From contig CAWAOD010000005.1 in NCBI GenBank assembly GCA_963783575.1, positions 576,001 to 640,000 of the forward strand: a stretch of DNA of 64,000 nucleotides, given 5' to 3'. The stretch is from an uncultured Spirochaetota bacterium (GTDB lineage: Bacteria; Spirochaetota; Brevinematia; Brevinematales; JAOACQ01). Positions 10,152 through 21,280 of this stretch are shown here, piece by piece. The first letter of the stretch is position 1. Every line of letters starts with the position of its first letter. The translations under genes and the position numbers were made by a program. The notes below the pieces were generated by a model. It had not been told where the DNA came from. It searched no databases and was given only the letters and a program-made list of their open reading frames with translations.

Positions 10152-12350
10152 TTATAAAATAAATGTACCGAATGCCTGCAGGTGTTTTTCAAAAGTTTCC
10201 AGCATTTTCCATTCAATTATAGGAATATTTTTTAGCGCTTCGATTGGGATGGCCATAATTTCCGCAGATGTTTTTGCGACAGCTGTAAAAATGTTGGACG
10301 ATCCTATCAGGAATTCCTCTTCTCCGAAGAAATCACCCGGAAGAAGAAAATCGATATACTTATTTTCAGCATAAATTTGTGCTTCTCCGCTCTTCAGCAG
10401 GATAATCCTTGGATTATCGGCCTGAATCAATGAATCGCCGGGCTGGACCGATTCAATAACAATTTTTTTTGCTATCCAGTACTGAATAAGGCTGGAAACC
10501 ATTTCTCCAAAAAGTTCCGTGCTTTGTAAAAAACTAATAATCTCGTAAATTCTTTTTAATTCTTCTTGATTTACATTTCTGCTGATAAATTCATTATAAA
10601 TTTCAATGGGTATTTTTAAAACTTTAATATAGCTGACTGCACGATAGGTTCTTCTGGAGGGTTCCCGAAACAGTGCGGAAATTTCGCCTAGAAAGGACCC
10701 TGGAGATAGTTTATAAGAAACCTTTTTTTCGGAATCTATATATTCAGCTACACCGCCCAAAATAAGATAAATATGCCGGTTTTCATCCCCTTTTTTAATA
10801 ATTATTTCACCGACACCGCATGTTATTACACTGCAATTTAGCAGCATATCCAAATCAAAGACGGGAGCCTTTGGAAAATATTCTCTCAGGAAAACATAAG
10901 CCGATTGCATATAATAATCCTTGTTAGACTTTATAAGAATGTCTTCCTGCCCGAAAGTAGCGTTTGATCCGATTTCCTTCTCCTGGGGCGTCAGTTCTCT
11001 TGAAGTATGGCTTAAAATAATCTTTAAAGATTGATCTTTCGAAAAATCCGCTGCTTCGCCATGAATCATCCCGCCGCCGATATCTATTTTTTTCTCATTG
11101 ACAGGCAATAAAAGACTGGTTTTAAACCGTTCATAGAGCATTTTGGCTGCAGGATTGCTTTCAGATTCTTTCAGCAATACCGAATCCAATACTTTCAAAG
11201 AAGGGATATCGGCAAAATGTGCATAGGTTTTATAACCGCCTTCCCAGAATGCGCGGAAAAACATAATGGAGTTTTCAACAGGATGAGGTGAAAATATCGG
11301 CATTACCTCCAGCCCATTAATATTATTCCATTCATCGAATTGTAAGTCATGAATGATAAAGGTGTTTTCAAAGCGCTGTTTCGATATTGACATAAGTGCG
11401 GACAATTTTTTTGATATTGAAGCCCTAACAAGCGGGGTAGCATAATAATTTATTTTATGATCCGATCGGACAAGGGATGTCAGGCCGGCAAAATGGTCGT
11501 CATGGGCATGAGTATGGAAAATTCCTTCAATCTCATTTACGCTGATGCCCAGCGCTATTAAGCTTTGTAAAATATTAGGACCGGTATCGATCAAATAAAA
11601 TTTACCCTGAAAATTAATGATACTTGACATGCAGGGTTTTGTGACATCCCAGCCGTCACCTTCGCCAATATGGATAACAGAGAAGTATTCGCGGTTGATA
11701 TGGTGATAATCGAGATTTACAGGCGGTTTATATTCCTCTCCTTTTCCCAATGAAAGATCTACCGTCAGACTTATATCTTTATATTTAAATTCATATATGT
11801 TCAAACCTTTTCTTTTGACGGTTACATCGTTCTTAATTTCAACCGGGGAGGATTCTACAGCCCGGAAGTCAATCAATTCCTCGGTTTTTTTGATTTTGTC
11901 AAAAGCGAATTTCAGTTTTAACTTAAACATTGCTTCTGCAATATCTCTGGATATACCGGTTTCCAGAATTTCATCTAAACTTGTCAATCCATAATTTCCT
12001 CTCAGCAAGTACTCACTTTGAGCTGTAACCTGAATCGGATGACCGATCAATATTGGCTTTTCCCCTGTATTATTCGGGTGGCCGGGCAGAATCATTCCCT
12101 GCCTGTACAGCATCTGTAGTATTGGAAATTCGGCCAGATTTGAAAATTGACCGTTTTGTATTGATACATCCGATAAAAGGATGGCATTAGGGCCGGTTTC
12201 ATATGAGATGCCGTTTTTCATTTTCGGCACGATAAAACCTCGAATCATTAAGTGTTTAACTACATCGGCCGGACATCCGCATAGAATGTAGAGATTTTCC
12301 TCGGGAATTTCAACCCAAAACACACCATTTGTAATTTTAATTTTATCCAT
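10152..12350 (-). CDS. MBL-fold metallohydrolase with two C-terminal cyclic-nucleotide-binding domains
   Basis: HTHAHDDH metal motif and SPHPVE; cNMP motifs GSFLGEISAL...RRT and GDFFGEE; AGGAGA RBS before ATG at 12350. Confidence 0.82.
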   Translation of the reverse strand: MDKIKITNGVFWVEIPEENLYILCGCPADVVKHLMIRGFIVPKMKNGISYETGPNAILLSDVSIQNGQFSNLAEFPILQMLYRQGMILPGHPNNTGEKPILIGHPIQVTAQSEYLLRGNYGLTSLDEILETGISRDIAEAMFKLKLKFAFDKIKKTEELIDFRAVESSPVEIKNDVTVKRKGLNIYEFKYKDISLTVDLSLGKGEEYKPPVNLDYHHINREYFSVIHIGEGDGWDVTKPCMSSIINFQGKFYLIDTGPNILQSLIALGISVNEIEGIFHTHAHDDHFAGLTSLVRSDHKINYYATPLVRASISKKLSALMSISKQRFENTFIIHDLQFDEWNNINGLEVMPIFSPHPVENSIMFFRAFWEGGYKTYAHFADIPSLKVLDSVLLKESESNPAAKMLYERFKTSLLLPVNEKKIDIGGGMIHGEAADFSKDQSLKIILSHTSRELTPQEKEIGSNATFGQEDILIKSNKDYYMQSAYVFLREYFPKAPVFDLDMLLNCSVITCGVGEIIIKKGDENRHIYLILGGVAEYIDSEKKVSYKLSPGSFLGEISALFREPSRRTYRAVSYIKVLKIPIEIYNEFISRNVNQEELKRIYEIISFLQSTELFGEMVSSLIQYWIAKKIVIESVQPGDSLIQADNPRIILLKSGEAQIYAENKYIDFLLPGDFFGEEEFLIGSSNIFTAVAKTSAEIMAIPIEALKNIPIIEWKMLETFEKHLQAFGTFIL

Positions 12351-12779
12351 AAAATCTCCTTTACCAAAAGTCAAGTACTTCTGAATAAAAAATTCCAAAT
12401 CTATTAGTCTTAACTTTTTACCCGATTGTGTTTTTCCTTATTTTTCTTTCTTAACTAAAATTATCTCATATTATAAAGCTGTTGCAATTTTTTGCAATCA
12501 AAAAAGAATTTATTTTTTCATTTTGTTGGATAGTTTTTTATAACATATTTTCTTTTTAAACTTTTATAGAATAAACCTTTCTTAAAGGTAAATTTAAATA
12601 CAATTATATTATTTGACTTTTATAATTTATAATATTATGTTATGGAACAATTTAATAATAATAAGTAATATTGTTAATAGATGTATGAAACGTCAGTGTG
12701 TCTTAAGTTATAATTTCCTAAGCCGATTTAACACGCTATTATCAGAACTTTATTTATAAAATTTTTATGGGGATTCATT

Positions 12780-13271
12780 TTGAAATACAATGAATCTATA
12801 ACAATTAGAAATGATATTAAGCCTGGAGATTTGGGTTATATTACTTATTTCCATGGGATAATATACAATAAAGAATACGGATTTGATATTACTTTTGAAA
12901 GGTATATAGCAGTACCTTTATCCGATTTTATTTTCATCAGAGATCCTAAAAGTAGAATCTGGATATTAGAAAGAAAAGGTAAAATATTAGGAAGTATAGC
13001 AATAGTAAATATTGATAATATTCAAGCGCAATTGCGATGGTTTTTAATAGATCCATCACTCCGAGGGAAAGGACATGGAAAGAAATTACTGGAAGAATCG
13101 TTAACGTTTTGCAGAGAGATGAATTTTAAAAAAATCATATTGTGGACAATAAACTTTTTGGATGCGGCAATTCATTTATATATAGAATACGGTTTTGTAT
13201 TTGTGGAGGAAAAAAAACATGTTATTTGGGGAAAAGAAATAATAGAACAGAAATATGAATTAATGTTATAG
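12780..13271 (+). CDS. GNAT family N-acetyltransferase
   Basis: AQLRWFLIDPSLRGKGHGKKLL acetyl-CoA motif; AAIHLYIEYGF. Confidence 0.88.
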   Translation: MKYNESITIRNDIKPGDLGYITYFHGIIYNKEYGFDITFERYIAVPLSDFIFIRDPKSRIWILERKGKILGSIAIVNIDNIQAQLRWFLIDPSLRGKGHGKKLLEESLTFCREMNFKKIILWTINFLDAAIHLYIEYGFVFVEEKKHVIWGKEIIEQKYELML

Positions 13272-13292
13272 AAAGAATTATTTCCGGCTTTT

Positions 13293-13769
13293 TCAGGTGT
13301 AACGTTTTTTCATATCATTGAGGATTGTATAATGCTTTCTTTCCTCTTCAATAATCTTCTCAATGGCTTCATACTGAGTCTTGGGAATAAGATTCTTTAT
13401 TTCATGATAATAAAAAATGGAATCCAGCTCCCGCTGCAATGCGAAATTAAAAGCATCAACCGTATCCTTTACCTGCGCCAAGTGTTTATCCATAACTTCT
13501 TTTGTAAAAATAATGTTGTTATCCACATAACTGCGAAGATAAGCGCTATATTCACCGGCATAGTTTTCCTGCGGATTGTAGTTTTCTATATTGGCAGATA
13601 TAGATTCAAAAGTATCTTTATGCTCTGCTTCCGCTTTGGCAAGAGAGGCAAAAAGCTTTTTTGCTTCCTCTTGCTTGGCAAGTTGCTCTGCAAATTTATA
13701 AAAATTAATACCATTCTCTTCAATCCGGATAGCAACTTCCATTATATCGCTTGCTGAAAAACTCTGCAT
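13293..13769 (-). CDS. Ferritin-like/rubrerythrin-domain protein
   Basis: AIRIEENG...AEAEH and ALQRELDS...EEERKH diiron ExxH motifs. Confidence 0.88.
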   Translation of the reverse strand: MQSFSASDIMEVAIRIEENGINFYKFAEQLAKQEEAKKLFASLAKAEAEHKDTFESISANIENYNPQENYAGEYSAYLRSYVDNNIIFTKEVMDKHLAQVKDTVDAFNFALQRELDSIFYYHEIKNLIPKTQYEAIEKIIEEERKHYTILNDMKKRYT

Positions 13770-13848
13770 TCTATAACCTCCTAAAGAATTACCCTTTTAC
13801 AAACATTTGCATTCACTTAGAAAGCAAAAAATACCAATATAATCAAAT

Positions 13849-14913
<1,065 letters not shown>

Positions 14914-15185
14914 TTAAGTAATTTAAACAGCTGTACCTATAATGTCAAATCATAACGGAAAATAGATAATTACTTATTAAGAATAATAATAATAAAAAGA
15001 ATTTAAAATTCAGTACACAATATTTCATTACCAAGTAATTACATTTAAGCATTGGCTGAAAGTAAGTATCTTCAACAGTCAAAGAAAGAAAATGGTTCGC
15101 TTGGAAAAATAGAAAAAGCTCTTTCTAGTTATGAAGAAATAAAAATGGTGTATTAAAAATTTGAAAATATTATTTTTTATTGATC

Positions 15186-15874
15186 TTAAAATAATTCATT
15201 CATATTAAATGGTTTTCCATGTCCGGGATATACTTTGTTAATTTTTAACCTCTTCAGTCTTTCCAAGCTTGCATTTAATTTGTTTAAGTCTTCACCCTGC
15301 GGGCTAACAGCCGGTTTCCCATAATTTCTGAGAATGTCTCCGGAAATTAAATCGTTGTTTTCTGTCAGAATTCCTATAGAACCTTTTGTATGACCGGGAA
15401 TGTGAAGCACAATTGCATTGAATCCATATTTATTAAGTTCCTGTCCATCCTCTAAATACAAATCCGGTTTAAAACCATCATAACCAGACTTTATTTTATT
15501 TTCAATAAATTTAATCCCTGTAATTAACCCGCTAATTTTCAAAATAATCCTGGAAATAAGCAGATTAGCCTGCCTGTTCTTTAAACTTTTCGCATGTTCT
15601 TCAAAACTTTCTGTCATAATCGAATCATTTTATGCATAACTATTATTGTTTTATATCGATTGCGGATATACAGTGCGTTACCGGTATGATCAGCGTCTCC
15701 ATGTGTCAAAATTATTAATTTAAGATTTCCGGGAATGCAGCCTGCTAATTTCAATTCATTTTCAAGCTTGATACGATTGCCTGAAAATCCTGTGTCTATT
15801 AAAACAAACCCGGTATCAGTTTTTATAAGGAAGCTGTTAACAACACCTAATTTAATTGTTATAATTTCCTGCAT
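15186..15874 (-). pseudogene. MBL-fold metallohydrolase split by a one-base frameshift
   Basis: 5' part has LTHGDADH; 3' part has PGHTKGS, SGD and YPGHG; one extra A in the A4 run (+ strand T4 at 15628-15631) restores VMHKNDSIMTESF. Confidence 0.85.
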
Positions 15875-15898
15875 AACATTTTATCCTAAATATTTGAG

Positions 15899-16720
15899 TC
15901 AGGCTGAAAACTTTAAATGAACAATATTAATTGACTTCCATTTATCAATAATTTTTATTGTCTTTATTGTATTTTGATCCCAGCTGTCTTCCATTTTAAT
16001 TTTTGAAAAAATTGGATATTGTTCCAATATCACTATTCTTTTATCCCATTTTTTTATTTTATTTATATTGTTAATTTTCCATTTTCCGGCTTCCGCTTTT
16101 TCCATTCCTATGCGTTTCATTGTAGTATATGCTATAAATGTAGTTACAATATTTTTACGTATTGTATTAAATATAATTTCACTTTCCGGAAAATTATCAG
16201 CTAAATCCGAAAAAAAATTTTTGACAATATTTTTATTAAAATAATCCAGAACACCGCCTGAAATAAACAGTACTCCATCTTTAACATTATCAATATATTT
16301 AATCCACCGTAAATCAAAAATAGATCCTTCAATGCAGTGAGAATTTTTTGTCTCGGGAATAAGTTTTTTTCGTATTTCAATAACATCAGGGAGATCAATA
16401 TCATACCAATTCAACTGTCCGTTATCAACTCGATAAAAAGTCGTGTCAAGGCCTGCTCCCAGATTTATAATCGCTGCTTTCGGATGATTTATCAAGAATT
16501 CATTTACGGTATTTTCAAGCATTTTTGCTCTTACTAGATGCATTATGTGAAGAGATTCGGGATAATATTTTTCTATTTTACTAAAATCATATTGTATTTT
16601 ATCAACGATATCAATTGCTTTTAAATCAATGAGAATAGAATTTTTTTCCCTGCTTAATTTTGCGCGGCTCCATAAAGGTAATAATAACGTTTCCTGAATA
16701 CCATCCAAATTTATTTTCAT
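15899..16720 (-). CDS. Class I SAM-dependent methyltransferase (leucine carboxyl methyltransferase/TcmP-like)
   Basis: ETLLLPLWSRA, NLGAGLDTTFYR, WYDIDLPDVIEIR. Confidence 0.88.
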   Translation of the reverse strand: MKINLDGIQETLLLPLWSRAKLSREKNSILIDLKAIDIVDKIQYDFSKIEKYYPESLHIMHLVRAKMLENTVNEFLINHPKAAIINLGAGLDTTFYRVDNGQLNWYDIDLPDVIEIRKKLIPETKNSHCIEGSIFDLRWIKYIDNVKDGVLFISGGVLDYFNKNIVKNFFSDLADNFPESEIIFNTIRKNIVTTFIAYTTMKRIGMEKAEAGKWKINNINKIKKWDKRIVILEQYPIFSKIKMEDSWDQNTIKTIKIIDKWKSINIVHLKFSA

Positions 16721-16970
16721 ATAGCAATTCCTTCAAAATTCTCTAAAAAAATCATTTTACTTTAATATTGTTAAAATAGAATAATCAGATATTCTAATAC
16801 TTCAATCTGAATTAATCAAATTTTAAATAAAATTCCAGGAATAAGATGTGAAGATTATAAGGATTGGCTTTATCTTTTTAAATAACAAACTTAATATTAT
16901 CTTTTCAATTTGATGAGTTTTTTAATCAGTTAAATTATAATTAGTTAAATTAGTAAGAAGGCAAAAGATT

Positions 16971-17846
16971 ATGATGCAAAAAAGACATTTAAGTATATTT
17001 TTAAAACTTTTGCCTCTTCTGTTCCCTTTTCTGGCACTTGTAGCAACAGGTTTATGTTTTACCGTATTGCAGTCTTTCGGAATAGGAATGTTCGGGTACC
17101 ATTATTCATCGCCATTTTTTGCTTACAAAACGGTATTTTCAGAAAAATGGTTTGTTAATTCTTTCTTTTTTTCATTTTATGTGGCTATTGTATCCGCTTT
17201 GATCGCTACTGCTCTGGGGATACTTTTTTCCTGCTGGGTCTGGTCCTTACCAATTAAAATACGGCAATTTGCCGTTTTACAACGCATATTTCTGATCCTT
17301 CCGCATATTTCGGTAGCTTTCATTATCGTGATTCTTTTCAGCAGGACAGGGGTCTTATCCTCAATATTTTACCAGCTCCACCTGATCCAAAGAGCCGAAC
17401 AATTCCCTTCTTTTGTCTATTCAGGAAACGGGCTGGATGTTATCGCCGGTTACATATTCAAGGAAGTGCCGTTCGTTATGGTTATGGTTCTGGGAATACT
17501 GGCTAAATTGGATGTCCGGCAGGTCGAAACCGCCAGGATGCTTGGCGGAAATAACCGGATGATCTTTTTCCGCATTATACTGCCTTTTATAATGCCGGTT
17601 ACAAATACAGCCTTCCTGATAATTTTCATTTACAGTTTCGGCGCTTTTGATTTACCGTTTGTTCTTGGCGGCAGCTACCCCGGAATGATTTCTTTGAGGG
17701 TATACGAATACTATTTTCAAAGGGATTTATATTACCGGCCAATCGCAATGGCCATACTTACGCTGCTTTTCTTCTTTTCCCTCTTTTTTATATTGCTTTA
17801 TTCCCGGCTTGCGGAAAGACTTGAGAATGATGTGAGGAAGATATGA
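16971..17846 (+). CDS. ABC transporter permease (YnjC-like, N-terminal half equivalent)
   Basis: KEVPF, ETARMLG (EAA loop), FGAFDLPFVLG. Confidence 0.82.
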   Translation: MMQKRHLSIFLKLLPLLFPFLALVATGLCFTVLQSFGIGMFGYHYSSPFFAYKTVFSEKWFVNSFFFSFYVAIVSALIATALGILFSCWVWSLPIKIRQFAVLQRIFLILPHISVAFIIVILFSRTGVLSSIFYQLHLIQRAEQFPSFVYSGNGLDVIAGYIFKEVPFVMVMVLGILAKLDVRQVETARMLGGNNRMIFFRIILPFIMPVTNTAFLIIFIYSFGAFDLPFVLGGSYPGMISLRVYEYYFQRDLYYRPIAMAILTLLFFFSLFFILLYSRLAERLENDVRKI

Positions 17847-18640
17847 AAAAAGGATGGGCTGAAGTATGGATTCCCGTTATTATTTTTAACGCTGTCTTTA
17901 CCTTTCCGGGACTGGTACTTGTCTTTTATACCTTCTCCTCAATGTGGAAATTCCCGGAGATAATACCGGGGCGTTATGATTTCCACAGTTTCAATTATCT
18001 ACTGAAAGAAGCCCCGGGAATAATAAAAAGCCTCGCCTCTTCTTTAATTTATTCGATCTGTTCAGTTGCAGCCACATTTGTCATATCTGTTTTACCGGCA
18101 TCTGTTTTTGCCCGCTACAGCTTTCCTTTCCGCAGACTTCTCGAAGGATTATTCCTTGCGCCGGCATTGATACCTTCCATGGCTTTTTCTATGGGAATCC
18201 ATATCTTATTCATTAAAGCGGGACTTTCCGATACTCTAACCGGAGTTGTAATTGTATTGTCGATTGTTAATTATCCTTATATGCTGAGGGCGCTGACAGC
18301 CGGTTTTCAATCTTATGGATTCTCTTATACCGAATGTGCTGGGAATCTTGGAGCCGGCTTTTTCCAGACCCTCCTTGAAGTGGAAATCCCTCTTTTAATA
18401 CCGGCCATTGTTTCCGGCGGATCTGTTGTTTTTCTTATTTCCTTCTCTGAGTATTTCCTTGTATTTCTTATAGGCGGGGGCAGCGTTCCTTCCTATACGG
18501 GTTATTTATTCCCTCTTCTCAATTCTTCGGATAGGAGCACGGCTTCATTATTAACTTTGATCTTCCTCATTCTTCCCGTTATGCTTTTTTTTCTAATTGA
18601 TTTAATGGTAATGCGGATTTATAGAAAAAAAGGGATATAA
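17843..18640 (+). CDS. ABC transporter permease (YnjC-like, C-terminal half equivalent)
   Basis: WKFPEIIP, YPYMLR, ECAGNLGA and SFSEYF; ATGA overlap with the upstream gene. Confidence 0.82.
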   Translation: MKKGWAEVWIPVIIFNAVFTFPGLVLVFYTFSSMWKFPEIIPGRYDFHSFNYLLKEAPGIIKSLASSLIYSICSVAATFVISVLPASVFARYSFPFRRLLEGLFLAPALIPSMAFSMGIHILFIKAGLSDTLTGVVIVLSIVNYPYMLRALTAGFQSYGFSYTECAGNLGAGFFQTLLEVEIPLLIPAIVSGGSVVFLISFSEYFLVFLIGGGSVPSYTGYLFPLLNSSDRSTASLLTLIFLILPVMLFFLIDLMVMRIYRKKGI

Positions 18641-18655
18641 TAAAGTCTCCGGCCC

Positions 18656-19858
18656 CTATTTTCCAAGGACTTCCCGGCTCCAGCCATCCTCGAGTTTTTC
18701 AACATAAGCCGAAGGTATTTCAGGAACGCCGTTCTTCGCCAGTATTTCAAGCGGAAGCGTTGCCTCTCCGAGATCAAGCTTATGGAAGTTATTCTGCCAT
18801 TCGCTAGAAAGCCGCTTAATATCGAGGACGGTAAAATCCCCCCAATTTTTAGGTTCATTCTTGGAATACTGGGCTTCGGGAGACATTAAAAAATTAGCGA
18901 CCATCATGGCACCCGCTTTATTCCGCGCGTTATAAGCGATCGCGGTAAAATGAGTATTGAATATGGAACAATCCTGCATTACAGTAGTCCTGACTGTTGA
19001 AGGATAACGGCCTTCTATAATCCGGTTCTGAGCATCGGCCTGGTGGTACGACATATTGAAATCCACTTCTCCCCTTTCAAAAAGAGTATCGAGAGCGGCT
19101 ATATCCTTCGGATATGTTTTTCCCTCCTGCCATAGGAAGGGTTTCATATCGTTCAGATATTTCCAGAGGCTTTTTGTCTTTTCTTTAAAAAGATTTTCGT
19201 CATAACCCTTCATATATTGCATAAATCCCCCGGTCGAGGCGTAAAAAGCCTGCCGGATAAATGCCGAGCCCGTGAAGTCCGGAGGCTGGGGATATGTAAA
19301 ACGGCCGTGGTTTTTCTTAACCCATGCGAGCAATTCCGAAAAATTTTTTGGAGGATTCCCGATCTTTGCCGAATCGTACTCAAAAACGAATTGCGCCCTT
19401 CCATATGGAGCTTCAAAGCCTTTAACAGGATAACCGAAATCAAATTCAACCGATACGGGATCAACATAATTTTTGAAATTTGGCAGTTTTTGAGTAAATG
19501 GCCCAAAAAGAAGCCCGTTTTCCATAGCATCGCGAAAATTTTCACCGTTAATCCATACCAGGTCGATCGTACCGCTTGATTTTCCGGCCTGTTTCTCACT
19601 TAGAAGCTTATTTACAAATACTCTTGCATCAGCAGGAACCCTGACAAGGTTAATCTCATAACGCGATTTTACTTCCTTCGTAACATATTCGTCTATCCAT
19701 AGATTAATACTTGCGGATCCTCCCCACATATAAAAATTTACCGTAGTATTCCTGGCTGCTTTTTCAATTTCATCATAATTCTTTGAAAGCCAATCGGTGT
19801 CAAAATGCTTAGAGCAGGAACCGAATAAAACCAATAATAAAACAAAAAGTTTTTTCAT
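18656..19858 (-). CDS. ynjB: ABC transporter substrate-binding lipoprotein, YnjB-like
   Basis: Lipobox FGSC; FYMWGGS, DLVWINGENF, GRFTYPQPPDFTGSAF, NTHFTAI. Confidence 0.85.
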   Translation of the reverse strand: MKKLFVLLLVLFGSCSKHFDTDWLSKNYDEIEKAARNTTVNFYMWGGSASINLWIDEYVTKEVKSRYEINLVRVPADARVFVNKLLSEKQAGKSSGTIDLVWINGENFRDAMENGLLFGPFTQKLPNFKNYVDPVSVEFDFGYPVKGFEAPYGRAQFVFEYDSAKIGNPPKNFSELLAWVKKNHGRFTYPQPPDFTGSAFIRQAFYASTGGFMQYMKGYDENLFKEKTKSLWKYLNDMKPFLWQEGKTYPKDIAALDTLFERGEVDFNMSYHQADAQNRIIEGRYPSTVRTTVMQDCSIFNTHFTAIAYNARNKAGAMMVANFLMSPEAQYSKNEPKNWGDFTVLDIKRLSSEWQNNFHKLDLGEATLPLEILAKNGVPEIPSAYVEKLEDGWSREVLGK

Positions 19859-19886
19859 ATTTCCTCCCGACTCACCCCCATAAGCG

Positions 19887-20087
19887 CTAACTTGTTAAGG
19901 AAAAATATTCCACAATTTGCATTTTTCTTCTTCTCTTTTTATTAATAAGTCCTCTGGAAATTCTTATCCAATTTATAAAAATACCGGTAAGCGAAAGGCA
20001 TGGAATAATTACTCTCTGCATTTCATGAAGCATAAATGCAAATTCACGCCAACGGCTTACTATCCCTGCCCTGATTAATAATATCAT
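19887..20087 (-). CDS. Small overlapping IS ORF, possibly a frameshift extension of the transposase
   Basis: 66-aa ORF in the +1 frame overlapping the transposase 3' end, ending inside the terminal inverted repeat. Confidence 0.4.
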   Translation of the reverse strand: MILLIRAGIVSRWREFAFMLHEMQRVIIPCLSLTGIFINWIRISRGLINKKRRRKMQIVEYFSLTS

Positions 20088-21162
20088 AACCCCAGGGGGA
20101 AAAAGTCTGGGCTTGCCAGATAAGTTTGTCGTTTAACAGGGCCACAAACAATTTGCCATACAGCCAAGCCTTGGAACTTTCATCTGTATATTTAGGCAAA
20201 TGCCCAAGTTCCGCAAGTTGCTTAAAACGTTTAAATACTAATTCAACCTGCCATCGTAATCTATACCATCGCAGTATTTCTGCCGGCGGAAAACTTGACT
20301 CTTCAAAAGTTGTGAATACAATCACAAACTCCGCATATATTAGTGTCTCCGGTTTTAACTTCTGACTCTTTTTTATAGCATGCTTTTTAATACGTTTGTG
20401 AGCCTTAAGAATAGCTTGTTCAGATTTTCTTATAACACAAACTCTACCGGAAACAGTGGTTTTATCAGGGCATTGTAAATGAACATTCCATGAACATGCT
20501 TGTCCCGATTTCGAAACTTCTGATAATCTATCCAGCCAATTAAATGGCTTACCGGATGAATCGCTAACTACAACATGATGAGGGCTGATGCGGACCAATA
20601 GAGAAGCTTTCTGCTCAACGGCAAACTTTATTCCCGGAGCCTGACCATAACCTCGATCACCTATAATATAATCACCCGGTTTCAAATCAAATTGTTTAAA
20701 CGACTCACCCGTCCCTATACCGTTCATTTGAGTTACGCGAAAGTAGTCACACTTGAATGTAGGTAGTCTAAGACTGTAATGAACCTTCCATAAACTTCCC
20801 GTCCTTCCAGGTTCTTTAACTACAGTAGCATCAAGAAGGCGAACTTCAAATCCATCTTTATTTTCCAGTTTCACACCTCGCTCCTCAAATAAACCTTCAC
20901 ATAATGACGCCAACCAATCCGAACTCTTTCTTAATCGCTTCAGCAAGGCAACATCAGATAAATCTGCTAAATTGGCTTCACGAGCCCTTACTACTGTTTC
21001 TCTTAGAGAAAACCCGCCAGCCAGATGAATCAAAAGGGTTCTGAGCAAGTCCTCCTCAGATTTGCACTTACGCAATCCCCTTAATGCACCCGTTTCCTTT
21101 GCCTTTTCACGCCAACCTATTGGAAACATTGAAACTAAAATATTCCAATCTTCATTAATCAT
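20044..21162 (-). CDS. IS4-family DDE transposase
   Basis: LLDAT, GDRGY and YRLRWQVELVFKRFK (YREK motif); GGAGGT RBS before ATG at 21162. Confidence 0.93.
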   Translation of the reverse strand: MINEDWNILVSMFPIGWREKAKETGALRGLRKCKSEEDLLRTLLIHLAGGFSLRETVVRAREANLADLSDVALLKRLRKSSDWLASLCEGLFEERGVKLENKDGFEVRLLDATVVKEPGRTGSLWKVHYSLRLPTFKCDYFRVTQMNGIGTGESFKQFDLKPGDYIIGDRGYGQAPGIKFAVEQKASLLVRISPHHVVVSDSSGKPFNWLDRLSEVSKSGQACSWNVHLQCPDKTTVSGRVCVIRKSEQAILKAHKRIKKHAIKKSQKLKPETLIYAEFVIVFTTFEESSFPPAEILRWYRLRWQVELVFKRFKQLAELGHLPKYTDESSKAWLYGKLFVALLNDKLIWQAQTFSPWGYDIINQGRDSKPLA

Positions 21163-21229
21163 AGCCACCTCCATATAAATATTATAGCTATGATTTGTAA
21201 AAATATCAAGAATCAAGTTAGCGCTTATG

Positions 21230-21276
21230 CCCCCCTTCCCCCTCTCTTTGGTAAAGAGAGGGGGAAGGGGGGTGAG
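21230..21276. repeat. GC-rich REP-like perfect hairpin (IS target); leftmost bases remain at 19871-19878
   Basis: Reconstructed empty site CTCACCCCCCTTCCCCCTCTCTTT-GGT-AAAGAGAGGGGGAAGGGGGGTGAG, a 24-bp perfect stem. Confidence 0.9.
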
Positions 21277-21280
21277 AATT

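Larger units (their letters stand above)
19879..21229 (-). mobile_element. IS4-family insertion sequence, 1351 bp, intact
   Basis: Perfect 16-bp terminal inverted repeats CATAAGCGCTAACTTG (19879-19894 and 21214-21229), 4-bp CCCC target duplication, DDE transposase inside. Confidence 0.93.

Noticed and set aside
12640..12760. MarR remnant or ncRNA upstream of the GNAT gene
   Set aside because: Resemblance (RFN.YY after an assumed indel; weak hairpin) is too short to support.
15053..15157. 34-codon ORF with TPR-like LGKIEKALSSYEE
   Set aside because: No RBS and too short to distinguish from chance.
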